A stretch of DNA of 64,000 nucleotides, from positions 279,682,001 through 279,746,000 of the forward strand of contig OZ024741.1 of assembly GCA_964016885.1 (NCBI GenBank). The letters run 5' to 3'. The stretch is from Eledone cirrhosa. Taxonomy: Eukaryota. The notes beneath the pieces are model-generated. The model had not been told where the DNA came from and did no database searches. It worked only from the letters and a program-made list of their open reading frames with translations. Both the position numbers and the translations under genes were made by a program. The number at the start of each line of letters is the position of its first letter. Positions within the stretch are counted from its first letter, which is position 1. Shown piece by piece: positions 15,001-28,059 of this stretch.

Positions 15001-18000
15001 AATCAGAGAGAGTTAGGATGTAGAACAGAAATCAGAGAGAGTTAGGATGTAAAACAGAAATAAGAGAGAGTTAGGATGTAAAACAGAAATAAGAGAGAGA
15101 AAGTTGGGATCTAGAACAGAAATCAGAGAGAGTTAGGATGTAAAACAGAAATCAGAGAGAGTTAGGATCTAGAACAGAAATCAGAGAGAGTTAGGATGTA
15201 AAATAGAAATCAGAGAGAGTTAGGATGTAAAACAGAAATAAGAGAGAGTTAGGATGTAAAACAGAATTCAGAGAGAGTTAGGATGTAAAATAGAAATCAG
15301 AGAGAGTTAGGATGTAAAATAGAAATCAGAGAGAGTTAGGATGTAAAATAGAAATCAGAGAGAGTTAGGATGTAGAACAGAAATCAGAGAGAGTTAGGAT
15401 GTAGAACAGAAATCAGAGAGAGTTAGGATGTAAAATAGAAATCAGAGAGAGTTAGGATGTAAAATAGAAATCAGAGAGAGTTAGGATGTAGAACAGAAAT
15501 CAGAGAGAGTTAGGATGTAAAATAGAAATCAGAGAGAGTTAGGATGTAAAATAGAAATCAGAGAGAGTTAGGATGTAAAACAGAAATAAGAGAGAGAAAG
15601 TTAGGATCTAGAACAGAAATCAGAGAGAGTTAGGATGTAAAACAGAAATCAGAGAGAGTTAGGATGTAAAACAGAAATCAGAGAGAGAGTTAGGATCTAG
15701 AATAGAAATCAGAGAGAGTTAGGGTGTAAAACAGAAATCAGAGAGAGTTAGGATGTAAAACAGAAATCAGAGAGAGTTAGGATGTAAAACAGAAATAAGA
15801 GAGAGAAAGTTAGGATCTAGAACAGAAATCAGAGAGAGTTAGGATGTAAAACAGAAATCAGAGAGAGTTAGGATGTAAAACAGAAATCACAGAGAGTTAG
15901 GATCTAGAATAGAAATCAGAGAGAGTTAGGGTGTAAAACAGAAATCAGAGAGAGTTAGGATGTAAAACAGAAATAAGAGAGAGAAAGTTAGGATCTAGAA
16001 CAGAAATCAGAGAGAGTTAGGATGTAAAACAGAAATCAGACAGAGTTAGGATGTAAAACAGAAATCAGAGAGAGTTAGGATGTAAAACAGAAATAAGAGA
16101 GAGTTAGGATGTAAAATAGAAATCAGAGAGAGTTAGGATGTAGAACAGAAATCAGAGAGAGTTATGATGTAAAACAGAAATAAGAGAGAGAAAGTTAGGA
16201 TCTAGAACAGAAATCAGAGAGAGTTAGGATGTAAAACAGAAATCAGAGAGAGTTAGGATGTAAAACAGAAATCAGAGAGAGTTAGGATGTAAAACAGAAA
16301 TAAGAGAGAGTTAGGATGTAGAACAGAAATCAGAGAGAGTTAGGATGTAAAATAGAAATAAGAGAGAGAAAGTTAGGATCTAGAATAGAAATCAGAGAGA
16401 GTTAGGATGTAAAACAGAAATCAGAGAGAGTTAGGATGTAAAATAGAAATCAGAGAGAGTTAGGATGTAGAACAGAAATCAGAGAGAGTTAGGATGTAAA
16501 ACAGAGATAAGAGAGAGTTAGGATGTAAAACAGAAATAAGAGAGAGAAAGTTGGGATCTAGAACAGAAATCAGAGAGAGTTAGGATGTAAAACAGAAATC
16601 AGAGAGAGTTAGGATCTAGAACAGAAATCAGAGAGAGTTAGGATGTAAAATAGAAATCAGAGAGAGTTAGGATATAGAACAGAAATCAGAGAGAGTTAGG
16701 ATGTAAAATAGAAATCAGAGAGAGTTAGGATGTAAAATAGAAATCAGAGAGAGTTAGGATGTAAAATAGAAATCAGAGAGAGTTAGGATGTAAAACAGAA
16801 ATCAGAGAGAGTTAGGATGTAGAACAGAAATCAGAGAGAGTTAGGATGTAAAATAGAAATCAGAGAGTGTTAGGATGTAAATTAGAAATCAGAGAGAGTT
16901 AGGATGTAAAATAGAAATCAGAGAGAGTTAGGATGTAAAATAGAAATAAGAGAGAGTTATGATGTAGAACAGAAATCAGAGAGAGTTAGGATGTAAAATA
17001 GAAATCAGAGAGAGTTAGGATGTAGAACAGAAATCAGAGAGAGTTAGGATGTAAAATTGAAATCAGAGAGAGTTAGGATGGAGTTAGGATGTAAAACAGA
17101 AATAAGAGAGAGTTAGGATGTAAAATAGAAATCAGAGAGAGTTAGGACGTAAAATAGAAATAAGAGAGAGTTAGGATGTAAAATAGAAATCAGAGAGAGT
17201 TAGGATGGAGTTACGATGTAAAACAGAAATAAGAGAGAGTTAGGATGTAAAATAGAAATAAGAGAGAGTTAGGATGTAAAACAGAAATAAGAGAGAGTTA
17301 GGATGTAAAATAGAAATCAGAGAGAGTTAGGATGTAAAATAGAAATCAGAGAGAGTTAGGATGGAGTTAGGATGTAAAACAGAAATAAGAGAGAATTAGG
17401 ATGTAAAATAGAAATAAGAGAGAGTTAGGATGTAAAACAGAAATAAGAGAGAGTTAGGATGTAAAATAGAAATCAGAGAGAGTTAGGATGTAAAATAGAA
17501 ATCAGAGAGAGTTAGGATGTAAAATAGAAATCAGAGAGAGTTAGGATGGAGTTAGGATGTAAAATAAAATCAGAGAGAGTTAGGATGTAAAATAGAAATC
17601 AGAGAGAGTTAGGATGGAGTTAGGATGTAAAACAGAAATCAGAGAGAGTTAGGATGTAAAATAGAAATAAGAGAGAGTTAGGATGTAAAACAGAAATAAG
17701 AGAGAGTTAGGATGTAAAATAAAATCAGAGAGAGTTAGGATGGAGTTAGGATGTAAAATAAAATCAGAGAGAGTTAGGATGTAAAATAGAAATCAGAGAG
17801 AGTTAGGATGTAGAACAGAAATCAGAGAGAGTTAGGATGTAAAATTGAAATCAGAGAGAGTTAGGATGGAGTTAGGATGTAAAACAGAAATAAGAGAGAG
17901 TTAGGATGTAAAATAGAAATCAGAGAGAGTTAGGATGTAAAACAGAAATAAGAGAGAGTTAGGATGTAAAATAGAAATCAGAGAGAGTTAGGATGTAAAA

Positions 18001-20400
18001 CAGAAATCAGAGAGAGTTAGGATGTAAAACAGAAATCAGAGAGAGTTAGGATGTAAAACAGAAATCAGAGAGAGAGTTAGGATCTAGAATAGAAATCAGA
18101 GAGAGTTAGGGTGTAAAACAGAAATCAGAGAGAGTTAGGATGTAAAACAGAAATCAGAGAGAGTTAGGATGTAAAACAGAAATAAGAGAGAGAAAGTTAG
18201 GATCTAGAACAGAAATCAGAGAGAGTTAGGATGTAAAACAGAAATCAGAGAGAGTTAGGATGTAAAACAGAAATCACAGAGAGTTAGGATCTAGAATAGA
18301 AATCAGAGAGAGTTAGGGTGTAAAACAGAAATCAGAGAGAGTTAGGATGTAAAACAGAAATAAGAGAGAGAAAGTTAGGATCTAGAACAGAAATCAGAGA
18401 GAGTTAGGATGTAAAACAGAAATCAGACAGAGTTAGGATGTAAAACAGAAATCAGAGAGAGTTAGGATGTAAAACAGAAATAAGAGAGAGTTAGGATGTA
18501 AAATAGAAATCAGAGAGAGTTAGGATGTAGAACAGAAATCAGAGAGAGTTATGATGTAAAACAGAAATAAGAGAGAGAAAGTTAGGATCTAGAACAGAAA
18601 TCAGAGAGAGTTAGGATGTAAAACAGAAATCAGAGAGAGTTAGGATGTAAAACAGAAATCAGAGAGAGTTAGGATGTAAAACAGAAATAAGAGAGAGTTA
18701 GGATGTAGAACAGAAATCAGAGAGAGTTAGGATGTAAAATAGAAATAAGAGAGAGAAAGTTAGGATCTAGAATAGAAATCAGAGAGAGTTAGGATGTAAA
18801 ACAGAAATCAGAGAGAGTTAGGATGTAAAATAGAAATCAGAGAGAGTTAGGATGTAGAACAGAAATCAGAGAGAGTTAGGATGTAAAACAGAGATAAGAG
18901 AGAGTTAGGATGTAAAACAGAAATAAGAGAGAGAAAGTTGGGATCTAGAACAGAAATCAGAGAGAGTTAGGATGTAAAACAGAAATCAGAGAGAGTTAGG
19001 ATCTAGAACAGAAATCAGAGAGAGTTAGGATGTAAAATAGAAATCAGAGAGAGTTAGGATATAGAACAGAAATCAGAGAGAGTTAGGATGTAAAATAGAA
19101 ATCAGAGAGAGTTAGGATGTAAAATAGAAATCAGAGAGAGTTAGGATGTAAAATAGAAATCAGAGAGAGTTAGGATGTAAAACAGAAATCAGAGAGAGTT
19201 AGGATGTAGAACAGAAATCAGAGAGAGTTAGGATGTAAAATAGAAATCAGAGAGTGTTAGGATGTAAATTAGAAATCAGAGAGAGTTAGGATGTAAAATA
19301 GAAATCAGAGAGAGTTAGGATGTAAAATAGAAATAAGAGAGAGTTATGATGTAGAACAGAAATCAGAGAGAGTTAGGATGTAAAATAGAAATCAGAGAGA
19401 GTTAGGATGTAGAACAGAAATCAGAGAGAGTTAGGATGTAAAATTGAAATCAGAGAGAGTTAGGATGGAGTTAGGATGTAAAACAGAAATAAGAGAGAGT
19501 TAGGATGTAAAATAGAAATCAGAGAGAGTTAGGACGTAAAATAGAAATAAGAGAGAGTTAGGATGTAAAATAGAAATCAGAGAGAGTTAGGATGGAGTTA
19601 CGATGTAAAACAGAAATAAGAGAGAGTTAGGATGTAAAATAGAAATAAGAGAGAGTTAGGATGTAAAACAGAAATAAGAGAGAGTTAGGATGTAAAATAG
19701 AAATCAGAGAGAGTTAGGATGTAAAATAGAAATCAGAGAGAGTTAGGATGGAGTTAGGATGTAAAACAGAAATAAGAGAGAATTAGGATGTAAAATAGAA
19801 ATAAGAGAGAGTTAGGATGTAAAACAGAAATAAGAGAGAGTTAGGATGTAAAATAGAAATCAGAGAGAGTTAGGATGTAAAATAGAAATCAGAGAGAGTT
19901 AGGATGTAAAATAGAAATCAGAGAGAGTTAGGATGGAGTTAGGATGTAAAATAAAATCAGAGAGAGTTAGGATGTAAAATAGAAATCAGAGAGAGTTAGG
20001 ATGGAGTTAGGATGTAAAACAGAAATCAGAGAGAGTTAGGATGTAAAATAGAAATAAGAGAGAGTTAGGATGTAAAACAGAAATAAGAGAGAGTTAGGAT
20101 GTAAAATAAAATCAGAGAGAGTTAGGATGGAGTTAGGATGTAAAATAAAATCAGAGAGAGTTAGGATGTAAAATAGAAATCAGAGAGAGTTAGGATGTAG
20201 AACAGAAATCAGAGAGAGTTAGGATGTAAAATTGAAATCAGAGAGAGTTAGGATGGAGTTAGGATGTAAAACAGAAATAAGAGAGAGTTAGGATGTAAAA
20301 TAGAAATCAGAGAGAGTTAGGATGTAAAACAGAAATAAGAGAGAGTTAGGATGTAAAATAGAAATCAGAGAGAAAAAGTTAGGATCTAGAACAGAAATCA
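1..20400. repeat. Satellite array, 29-bp monomer GAGTTAGGATGTAAAA(C/T)AGAAAT(C/A)AGAGA, with higher-order structure
   Basis: GAGTTAGG recurs at 1, 30, 59 and onward. Variants include a 33-bp unit (GAGAGAGAAAGTTAGGATCTAGA), an 11-bp unit (GAGTTAGGATG) and GTTAGGGTG units. No ORFs in the track. The array runs off the left edge. Confidence 0.99.
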
Positions 20401-20680
20401 GTGGAACATACCATTACTATCCTATAACAGTGGACCATACCATTATTATCCTATAGCAGTGGACCATACCATTACTATTCTATAGCAGTGCAACATACCA
20501 TTATTAGCGTCGGACGCCATGCTTTGACGCATTGAGTTACGGCCCTTGCCATTCTGAGTTCAAATCCCGCCGAGGTTAACTTTGCCTTTCATCCTTACGG
20601 GGTCGATAAAATAAGGTACTAGCTGGCCTTGTGCCAAAAGTAGAAGCAATTATTATCCTATAACAGTAGGACATACCACT
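20399..20680. repeat. Short second 29-bp minisatellite (CAGTGGA[A/C]CATACCATTA[C/T]TATCCTATA[A/G]) interrupted by a SINE
   Basis: About 3.7 units at 20399-20507; the repeat resumes at ~20650 (ATTATTATCCTATAACAGTAGGACATACC). Confidence 0.85.
20508..20652 (+). mobile_element. 5'-truncated tRNA-derived SINE
   Basis: B-box GAGTTCAAATCC and core CTTTGCCTTTCATCCTTACGGGGTCGATAAAATAAG; near-identical to the copy at 25664; ATTATTA on both sides. Confidence 0.85.
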
Positions 20681-23600
20681 AACTGTTAATATCCTATAAT
20701 GATTTAGTAGAAAAGATTTTAAAATATGTTTGTTTGTTAATTCAAATGTATTTTAAGATCTTTGTTGTGAAACTTGACCGTTTTAGAGATAAGACTAATT
20801 TTTAATGTGATGCAGTTAAAATATTGTTTTGTACGTTTCAAGAACGTCGTGCTTTTGTGGTTTCATGTGGTACAGGATGTTAAAAGTTAAGCCAACTTAT
20901 CACCAGGGAAAAAAACAAAACAAAAAAAAAAAACAAGAATCATCTTCAAACATTTATAAGAAGATAGTTTAGACGAATTGACAACAAGTAGACGTTGATT
21001 TGATAAATACAATTGACAGCTTAATCTACACAGCATATATTTAGTAGGGTAAATAAGATTGTTTGTCTCTTTAGTCCATTTGAAGTGGTGTAGTTGGGGA
21101 AATGAATTTGATGCAGTAGTTGAATGAGTAATTTGTTGGTTGAGTCAATGGCAAGTGAATAAAGTTTGTCTCAGTGAGTCGAGAGAATTGTTGCTGTGAA
21201 GTCTTGCCATGTCAAGGAAACCTGTAGTTGTGGTGAAGACAATTTTCCCCAATCACATAGGCATGAGTTTACAAATGAACAACACACCACTAATTTGTAC
21301 ATGTTTTATTGGTTGCATGATTTACTCCGATACCATGTGCAGTTATAGTGAACAATGGAAAAAGGTACACATATAATTGTAGTGTGTTGATTGTATATGG
21401 TGACTGTAGAATCTCAAAGTAGTGAATTTATTAACATTTTGGTTGATGTTGGTAGCCAGCCCTTCTAGCCAGCAGGTCTGGCTAGAAGTGTGCGTGTGTT
21501 GTTACATCATGAACCGTGCTGTCTGTATTTTGCAAAGCAAAGAAGCCAATTGTTCTGTGGCAGAGCAAAGAAACAGGACTCTGCTTCCTAGAGTCAAAAT
21601 CTTTTGTATTTATAAGAATTTTAAACATATGGCCCTTGATAATTTCCTTTAAACAAAAGCAGTAAATCTTATTTGGTGACATAGTTAGTTCTATCAAAAG
21701 GAATTGATGTCTCTGTTAGTCTGACTGAGTGTTGATAAAGTGACCACTGGAGAACGTGGGAATAGTTTCTATATATATCAGAAAATTAGATTTTTTAAAT
21801 AAAAAACCAGATGTCCTACACGGGTGAAAGTATAAGTAAAAGAAATCAAAACTGCAACTGGTGTCTTTTTAAGAATATTTATTTATTTCCTTTACCGGTT
21901 TCACAGTTCTTATGCTTTTCAAAAGTATAATTGAGATGGAGGGTTTGTGGTTTATCTTGCATCTCATATATATATATATATGAGATATAGTTGCTGAAAT
22001 GTTGAAGGTATCTGGAATGCTGGGACATACTATGGTCACGCGGATAGTAAACCAAGTAATACAGAATGAGGTCATACCAAATTACTGGCATAGCAACTGC
22101 ATCATCAGCTATTACAAGGGCAAAGGAGACGCCCTGGATAGAGGAAACTATAGGGATATTAAATTAGTTGACCAAATCATGAAAGTCACAGAAAGAGTTA
22201 TTACTCAACTGATCAGAGACCAAATTGATCTAGATGAAATACAATTTGGGTTTGTGCCAGGTAAAAGTACCACATATACGCTTTTCCTTGTACGGCAATT
22301 GCAGGAGAAGTAAACCCCTCTACTTAGCTTTTGTTGACCTGGAGAAGGCTTTTGACAGAGTCCCATGCACCTTAATCTGGTGGGCTCTTAGAAAACTAGG
22401 AGTGGAAGAATGGCTTGTGAGAGCTATACAAGCCAAGGTTAGAATTAACAAAGAATATAGTGATGAATTTAGCGTAATGGTAGGGGCTCCGTTCTTAGCC
22501 CCTTGCTGTTTATAATTATCCTACAGGCTATAACAGAGGGGTTTAAGACTGGCTGCCCATGGGAACTTCTATATGCAGATGATCTAACTCTCATAGCTGA
22601 ATTTATGGCTGAACTAAAGAGGAAGTTCCAAATATAGAAGCATGGCCTTGAATCAAAAGGCCTTAAAGTCAACTTGTCTAAGACTAAGGTTCTAGTATGC
22701 AGAAAGGAGAATAGGGCACAGGTACCCTATGGGAAATGGCCATGCTCAGTGTGTAAGAAAGGAGTAAGCAGAAACTCAATTCTATGTCCCAAATGCAGAA
22801 TATGGGTGCATAATAGATGTAGTGGGATCAGAGGTAAGCTATCTAAGAATGTAGATTTTATATGTGGCCAATGCTCAGGTGCAGTAAGTTGCAAGGACCC
22901 ACTGGATGATATCTCCTTCAACTGCCCAGCTGGTTCTATAGAAATAGTAGACACCTTCCATTACCTGGGTGACAAAATCAGCAGTGGAGGAGGGTGCTCT
23001 GAAAATGTAGTAGTCAGAGTTAGAACGGGATGGAAAAAGTTCAGAGAGCTAATATTGCTGTTGACCACAAGGGGTTTTTCTCTAAAAATGAATGGCAGAT
23101 TGTATGATGCATGTATACAAATGGCGATATTACATGGTAGTGAGACTTGGGCATTGTGTCCTGAAGACCTGCGTAGATTAGAAAGAAAGGAAGCTTGCAT
23201 GCTCCAATGGATGTGTAATAGTAATGTGCATGAACGGCGAAACATAAACGAACTAAGAGGGAGACTAAGCATAAGAGGTATCAAATGTTGTGTTCTGGAG
23301 AGGAGATTGCGTTGGTATGGACATGTGATGCGTATGAAGGATGGCAGCTGTATAAAAAAGTGCAGGGCAATGAAAATTGATGGAAGCTGCGGAGTGGATA
23401 GACCAAGAAAAACCTGGGATGAGGTGATAAAAACTGACCTTACCCACCTACACCTCTCTAAGACAATGACACTGGATCGAGACCTTTGGTGCCATGCAGT
23501 TGTACAGAAGACCCGACTACCATTGCATACAACAGTCAGTAGGCACCTCTTAACTCAATGTACACCCCACTGCCACAACCTACCCCACCCTCCCTCTCCC

Positions 23601-25207
23601 GTTCCGTCCACTGTGTTGATGACACAACAGTCCACACTGTAATGTGGCCGTGTAGGAGACACGGTGAAAAGGCTCCCAGTCCACACTGTAAATGTGGTTG
23701 GTGTTAGGAAGGGCATCCAGCTGTAAAAAACATACCAGAGACGCTTCTGTGCGAGCGAGACATGGTCCCCGCAGCAAATGGAACAAAACTATCTAACCCA
23801 TGCTAGCGTGGAAGATGATTGTTAAACAATGATGATGATGATGATATGGGGAAACTGCAAATACCTATGTTGCACCAATAGAAATCGGTAATTTTATAAT
23901 GATATTAGATCTTAATTAATTAATCTTGTTTTATTTTAATTTTAATGTAGATCAGAATGTTTAGTTTAGCCCTGCTTGCTTTAGGAATATCTACATTATA
24001 GTTAAAAATAATCAGATTTGTATATCTCTATTAATGTCTCATAATGACATCATATAGCGCTGTTTCGAATAGTGCTGCATGTTTTAGGAATTTATTTTGT
24101 ATGCTAACTGAGGTGTTATGATATTTATAAATGAATGCATATAGTTAGACAACGGTGTCTGTTTTGTATTTTAATGGCAGTTTAGAAAATTACATGTGCC
24201 AACAAATAGATATATCCACATCATAGTTAAAAATAGCCACTCAACCTTGCATCTGTATTTATGTTACAATGCACCTGTATAATGCTGCTTGCTTAAGGAA
24301 TATCCACATTATAGTTAAAAATAACCTATCAAATTTGTATATTTATACTGCAATAATGACACCATCTAATAGTCCAGGTGGATTATTAGAGTGACAGAGT
24401 GAACACCAAGGTAGTGGAGAAGAGCCAGAGGGTGGCAAAAGGCCAGATGGCGCGATGATCTGACTCAATACCTTGGCCCCATGAGGCCCAATATGACCAG
24501 AGATAGGAAGTGGTGGAGGTCAACCAGGGAGGGGTTCCTCCAATAAGAGTGAGAAGGCCTAGGATTCTGAATGTTGGATTTTGGAATGAACCATATAGTG
24601 CTGTTTTGTTTAGCACTGCTTATTTTATGAATAGCAATGCTAGTATGCTAACCAAGGTATTACTGTATTTATAAATGAATGATTATAGTTTAGACAATGA
24701 TGTTCATCTTGTAGTTTAGAAGATTACATCTGTAAACGAATAGTTATATCCAAACAGACAAGCAACTAAATCCCTAATCTTGTTACTGATTAGTGGTTTT
24801 TAGAGACAGATAAACATTGCTCTTTAAATATTATTTGCTAATCAATAATAGATATTAGCTTTCATTGTCTGTTCTTTCTTGGCTCAGTTAAAACACCAAT
24901 ATACCAACAATAATATCGGTAAGACCATATATAATCCAAATATTTATTAGTCTATCATATTTTGAGACTTCTTTTCATTGACTCATAATGTCCTGTACCA
25001 CATAAAACCACAAATGCAAAACATTCTTGAAAAATACATAACAGTACTCTGACTGCATTACATTAAAAATTAGTCTTTACTTTAGTTTTCTGTAACTTTT
25101 TACAACAATTTTCTGTTAAATAGGCAAGATACTATAAACATTTGAATTAATAAACCTGTTTTTAGATATTTTCTGCTAAATTATTCCAGTATGTTAAGAG
25201 TTAATTA
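20680..25207. mobile_element. Possible old non-autonomous DNA transposon defined by ~200-bp degenerate inverted repeats (20680-20885 / 24988-25207)
   Basis: AGACTAATTTTTAATGTGATGCAG...TGTGGTACAGGA on the left matches the reverse complement of TCCTGTACCACA...CTGCATTACATTAAAAATTAGTCT on the right; termini resemble TTAAC-CTTAA. Confidence 0.4.
21983..23846 (+). mobile_element. RTE-clade LINE (PHD-in-RT family), 5'-truncated and frameshifted, copy A
   Basis: ORF pieces KGKGDALDRGNYR, AFVDLEKAFDRV, LLYADD, PHD finger, YLG, RRLRWYGHV, RPRKTW; (GAT)n tail; (TA)n at the 5' junction. Confidence 0.95.
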
Positions 25208-25271
25208 ACAACTTTGCATATGCAACATTTAGAACTGCATCACATTAAAGTTAAAGTCTCTAATACTGCAA

Positions 25272-25520
25272 ATCATCATCACCATCAGTGTTTTAATGTC
25301 TTCTTTTCTTGCTAGCAAGGGTTGGATGGATCTATATAAACCAAGTTAATACTGGAGCAGGGTTACTGACCTCTCTGACAGGTTAGGAGTCTGTTATCAC
25401 ATGTATAGTCTCATGTTCTATCAAGTGACTGAAAAGTCCTCCTAACCCTTTGTTTAGCAAGCTTTCTATGGCTAGATGCCCTTCCTACCACTAACCACTT
25501 TACAACATGGAAGGGAGGCT
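25272..25520 (-). mobile_element. Degraded 3'UTR-only copy of the RTE family
   Basis: (CAT)n followed by GATGCCCTTCCTA..ACTAACCACTTTACA, the reverse complement of the family 3' end. Confidence 0.65.
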
Positions 25521-25663
25521 TTTATCGTGTAGATCACCCATACTAGGGAGGTTCTCATGTCCTTAACACGACTGTAGAGTCTTCTCAACCCTTTTAGGCA
25601 TGGTTTCTATATATATGTATCTGTGTGTGTGTGTATATATGTATACACACACACATGTAACAT

Positions 25664-25856
25664 GGGCGGTGGATTGGCAGTATCGGTAGAGGGTCGGACG
25701 CCATGCTTTGACGCATAGAGTTACTGCCCTTGCCATTCTGAGTTCAAATCCCACCGAGGTTAACTTTGTCTTTCATCCTTACGGGGTCGATAAAATAAAG
25801 TACCAGTAATGTACTGGGTAATTGCTGGCCTTGTGCCAATAGTAGAAACAATTATA
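25664..25856 (+). mobile_element. tRNA-derived SINE, near full length
   Basis: GGCGGTGGATTGGCAGTATCGGTAGAG (A-box-like), GAGTTCAAATCCC (B-box), TTTCATCCTTACGGGGTCGATAAAATAAAGTACCAG core. Confidence 0.88.
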
Positions 25857-27359
25857 TACATAAATACTGAAGTAAGCAACAAAATAAATCATTGCATCCA
25901 TTTGAAGTGAATATTTTTCAATAGCAAATGATAAAAACGCTGACAAGAATTTCATTTTCCATTCCACTTCAGTAGCAAAGTTCAAACTTAATATATTTCA
26001 AAGGAATTGAAAAAAATTGTTTACCTCTACTATCAAACTAAGCTTTCGTTTGCCAGTTTTAGAAATTCTGATTCACTATTATCCAGTGCTGTGAATTAAT
26101 ATCTCTTGAACACATGTATATATGTTCTCTTGCTTTATTTGAAAAGAGATTTAATTCTATAGTTCTATACTCTTGAAATATAGAAGAACATTGTATGTAT
26201 GGAACTGTAACTCCTAATTGAGTGTCTTAGAATACTTTAAACCTAGCAAAGCCCATCCCCTCTCCAGGTTTGAACATAGCCAATCTCTTCCATAGAAGGA
26301 GAGAGAAAGAAAGAGAGAGTGAGAGAAAGTAAAAAGATAGAGAGAAAGAATTGACCCCAGTCAATGTCAGTAAAAAATTATTACTTATATAACTATAACC
26401 ATCCCCAAATATAATAATTAATTCCATAATTATGACAATATTTGATCATCATTAATGGTTGCATGTTGCTATAGTGGCATAGATTGCCCAAGTCTAGTAT
26501 AACAAGATTATTTATTTGATATGTGTAGTTATTATCTCTTTATACTGTTAAACAATATTAATTTTCTGCAGGGAGAGTGGACATTAAAACTACAATATGA
26601 TACATATTGGATAGTTTTTATTCGAGATATATTTAAACTTTGAGGTACATCAAAATTGGTAGAATGTAGGTTGTAGAAAGCCCCCTTCTTTGTATATATA
26701 TATAAACTATGGGGGATTTTGTCACCTAGATTATGTTACAGAGCCAAATCCCACGAAACCATGCCACATGTAACATGGAAGAGAGGAAGATAGCCAAATA
26801 CTAAGACTTGACCAACCACTTCTTTTTGTGCCAGTTGTTGTCAAGACCTCAGATGACCTAGGTCCCTGAACTACCATTTTCTTCCATAAAATTGTGGGAG
26901 TGTATTCCACACGAGGAAAGATCCCCTTGAGGTGGAGGTGGAGTGGCTGATGCAGTAGGTATCACTGGCTGTTCTCTACAGCAATGCCTTTGCTGTTTTG
27001 TCCACATGGCACAGCTGAAATGTACCGCCCAGATTAGAGGGGTGGTAGGGATAGAGTCTGTTGTCCCTCCTCTCCACTTTCCCTTACTTTGTCTCTAATG
27101 TCTACAAAGAAAAATTTATACTGTTGAATATTTTGCAAATTAGAATAAAATTATTGTGAAAAGAAATGTCCAAATATTGATGAAAAAATATCATTTGACA
27201 ATTTTGGAGGAAAAATATGTACATTTAGCATGAAGGATTTTACTGCATCCATTGTCAGTTGACAGCATTTTTGCTAATTTTTCAGATAAGGAGTATGTAT
27301 GTATGAACACATGGCTCATGAAGCAGTTTTAGTGGCACTATATTGACATTTGGTGCTTC

Positions 27360-27617
27360 TAGGGTATTTTTTTAACCTAGTAGAGCCCATCTCTTCAGTT
27401 TGAATACAACAGATTTCTTCCAGAGAAGAATGGAGTGAGAGAATGAAAGTGAGAAAGAAATATAGAGGAAGAATCAATCCTGGACTGGTACAATTTTATT
27501 GACCTTGAAAAGGCAAAGTTCACCTCGGAGAGATTTGAACTCAGACAGCAGAAAGCTGAAACTAATAACACAAAGCACTGTATTCAATGTTTTAATGACT
27601 CTGCCAATTTGCTGCCT
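27360..27617 (-). mobile_element. tRNA-derived SINE, degraded, with extended 3' part
   Basis: Reverse complement of the B-box and core (GGCAAAGTTCACCTCGGAGAGATTTGAACTCAG); its 3' part is also seen at 26235-26380 and 30240-30310. Confidence 0.7.
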
Positions 27618-27970
27618 ATCAGATGAGGAGTAGGAAGGCTAATTAAAATATTAATTTAAGTATTATCAAAGAATCTTGTTAATTATCTTTAGATTTATTA
27701 GTAGCCATAATAATTATGAATATGTTTTATATTTTTAGTTAATTATCCAGGACATATGACGTGATCACAGCTTTGTGACATCTTTTGGTAATCACAACTG
27801 TGAGATAACGTCGCCAACATAATTGAATTGATGTGTTTGGTTTCTTTCTTTGGATTTTATCCATACATTCTAAATATTGTATGTGTGTGTAGGTGAGGTT
27901 GTGTTCGTGTATGTGTGTGCGTATGAATTGCTACAGGTGTGCATGTACAACCGTACCTGAAAATTTAGTT

Positions 27971-28059
27971 CATGTACCATAAATCGTTTTGGTGTCACCA
28001 TAGTAACAAACATGGTATGTTTGTTACTATGGTGACACCAAAATAATTTATGGTACATG
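27971..28059. repeat. Near-perfect fold-back palindrome (~43-bp arms)
   Basis: CATGTACCATAAAT..TTTTGGTGTCACCATAGTAACAAACAT / ATGTTTGTTACTATGGTGACACCAAAA..ATTTATGGTACATG. Confidence 0.9.

Noticed and set aside
1-20400. CRISPR-like array (29-bp repeats)
   Set aside because: Repeats are contiguous with no unique spacers, there are no cas genes, and the context is eukaryotic; this is a satellite.
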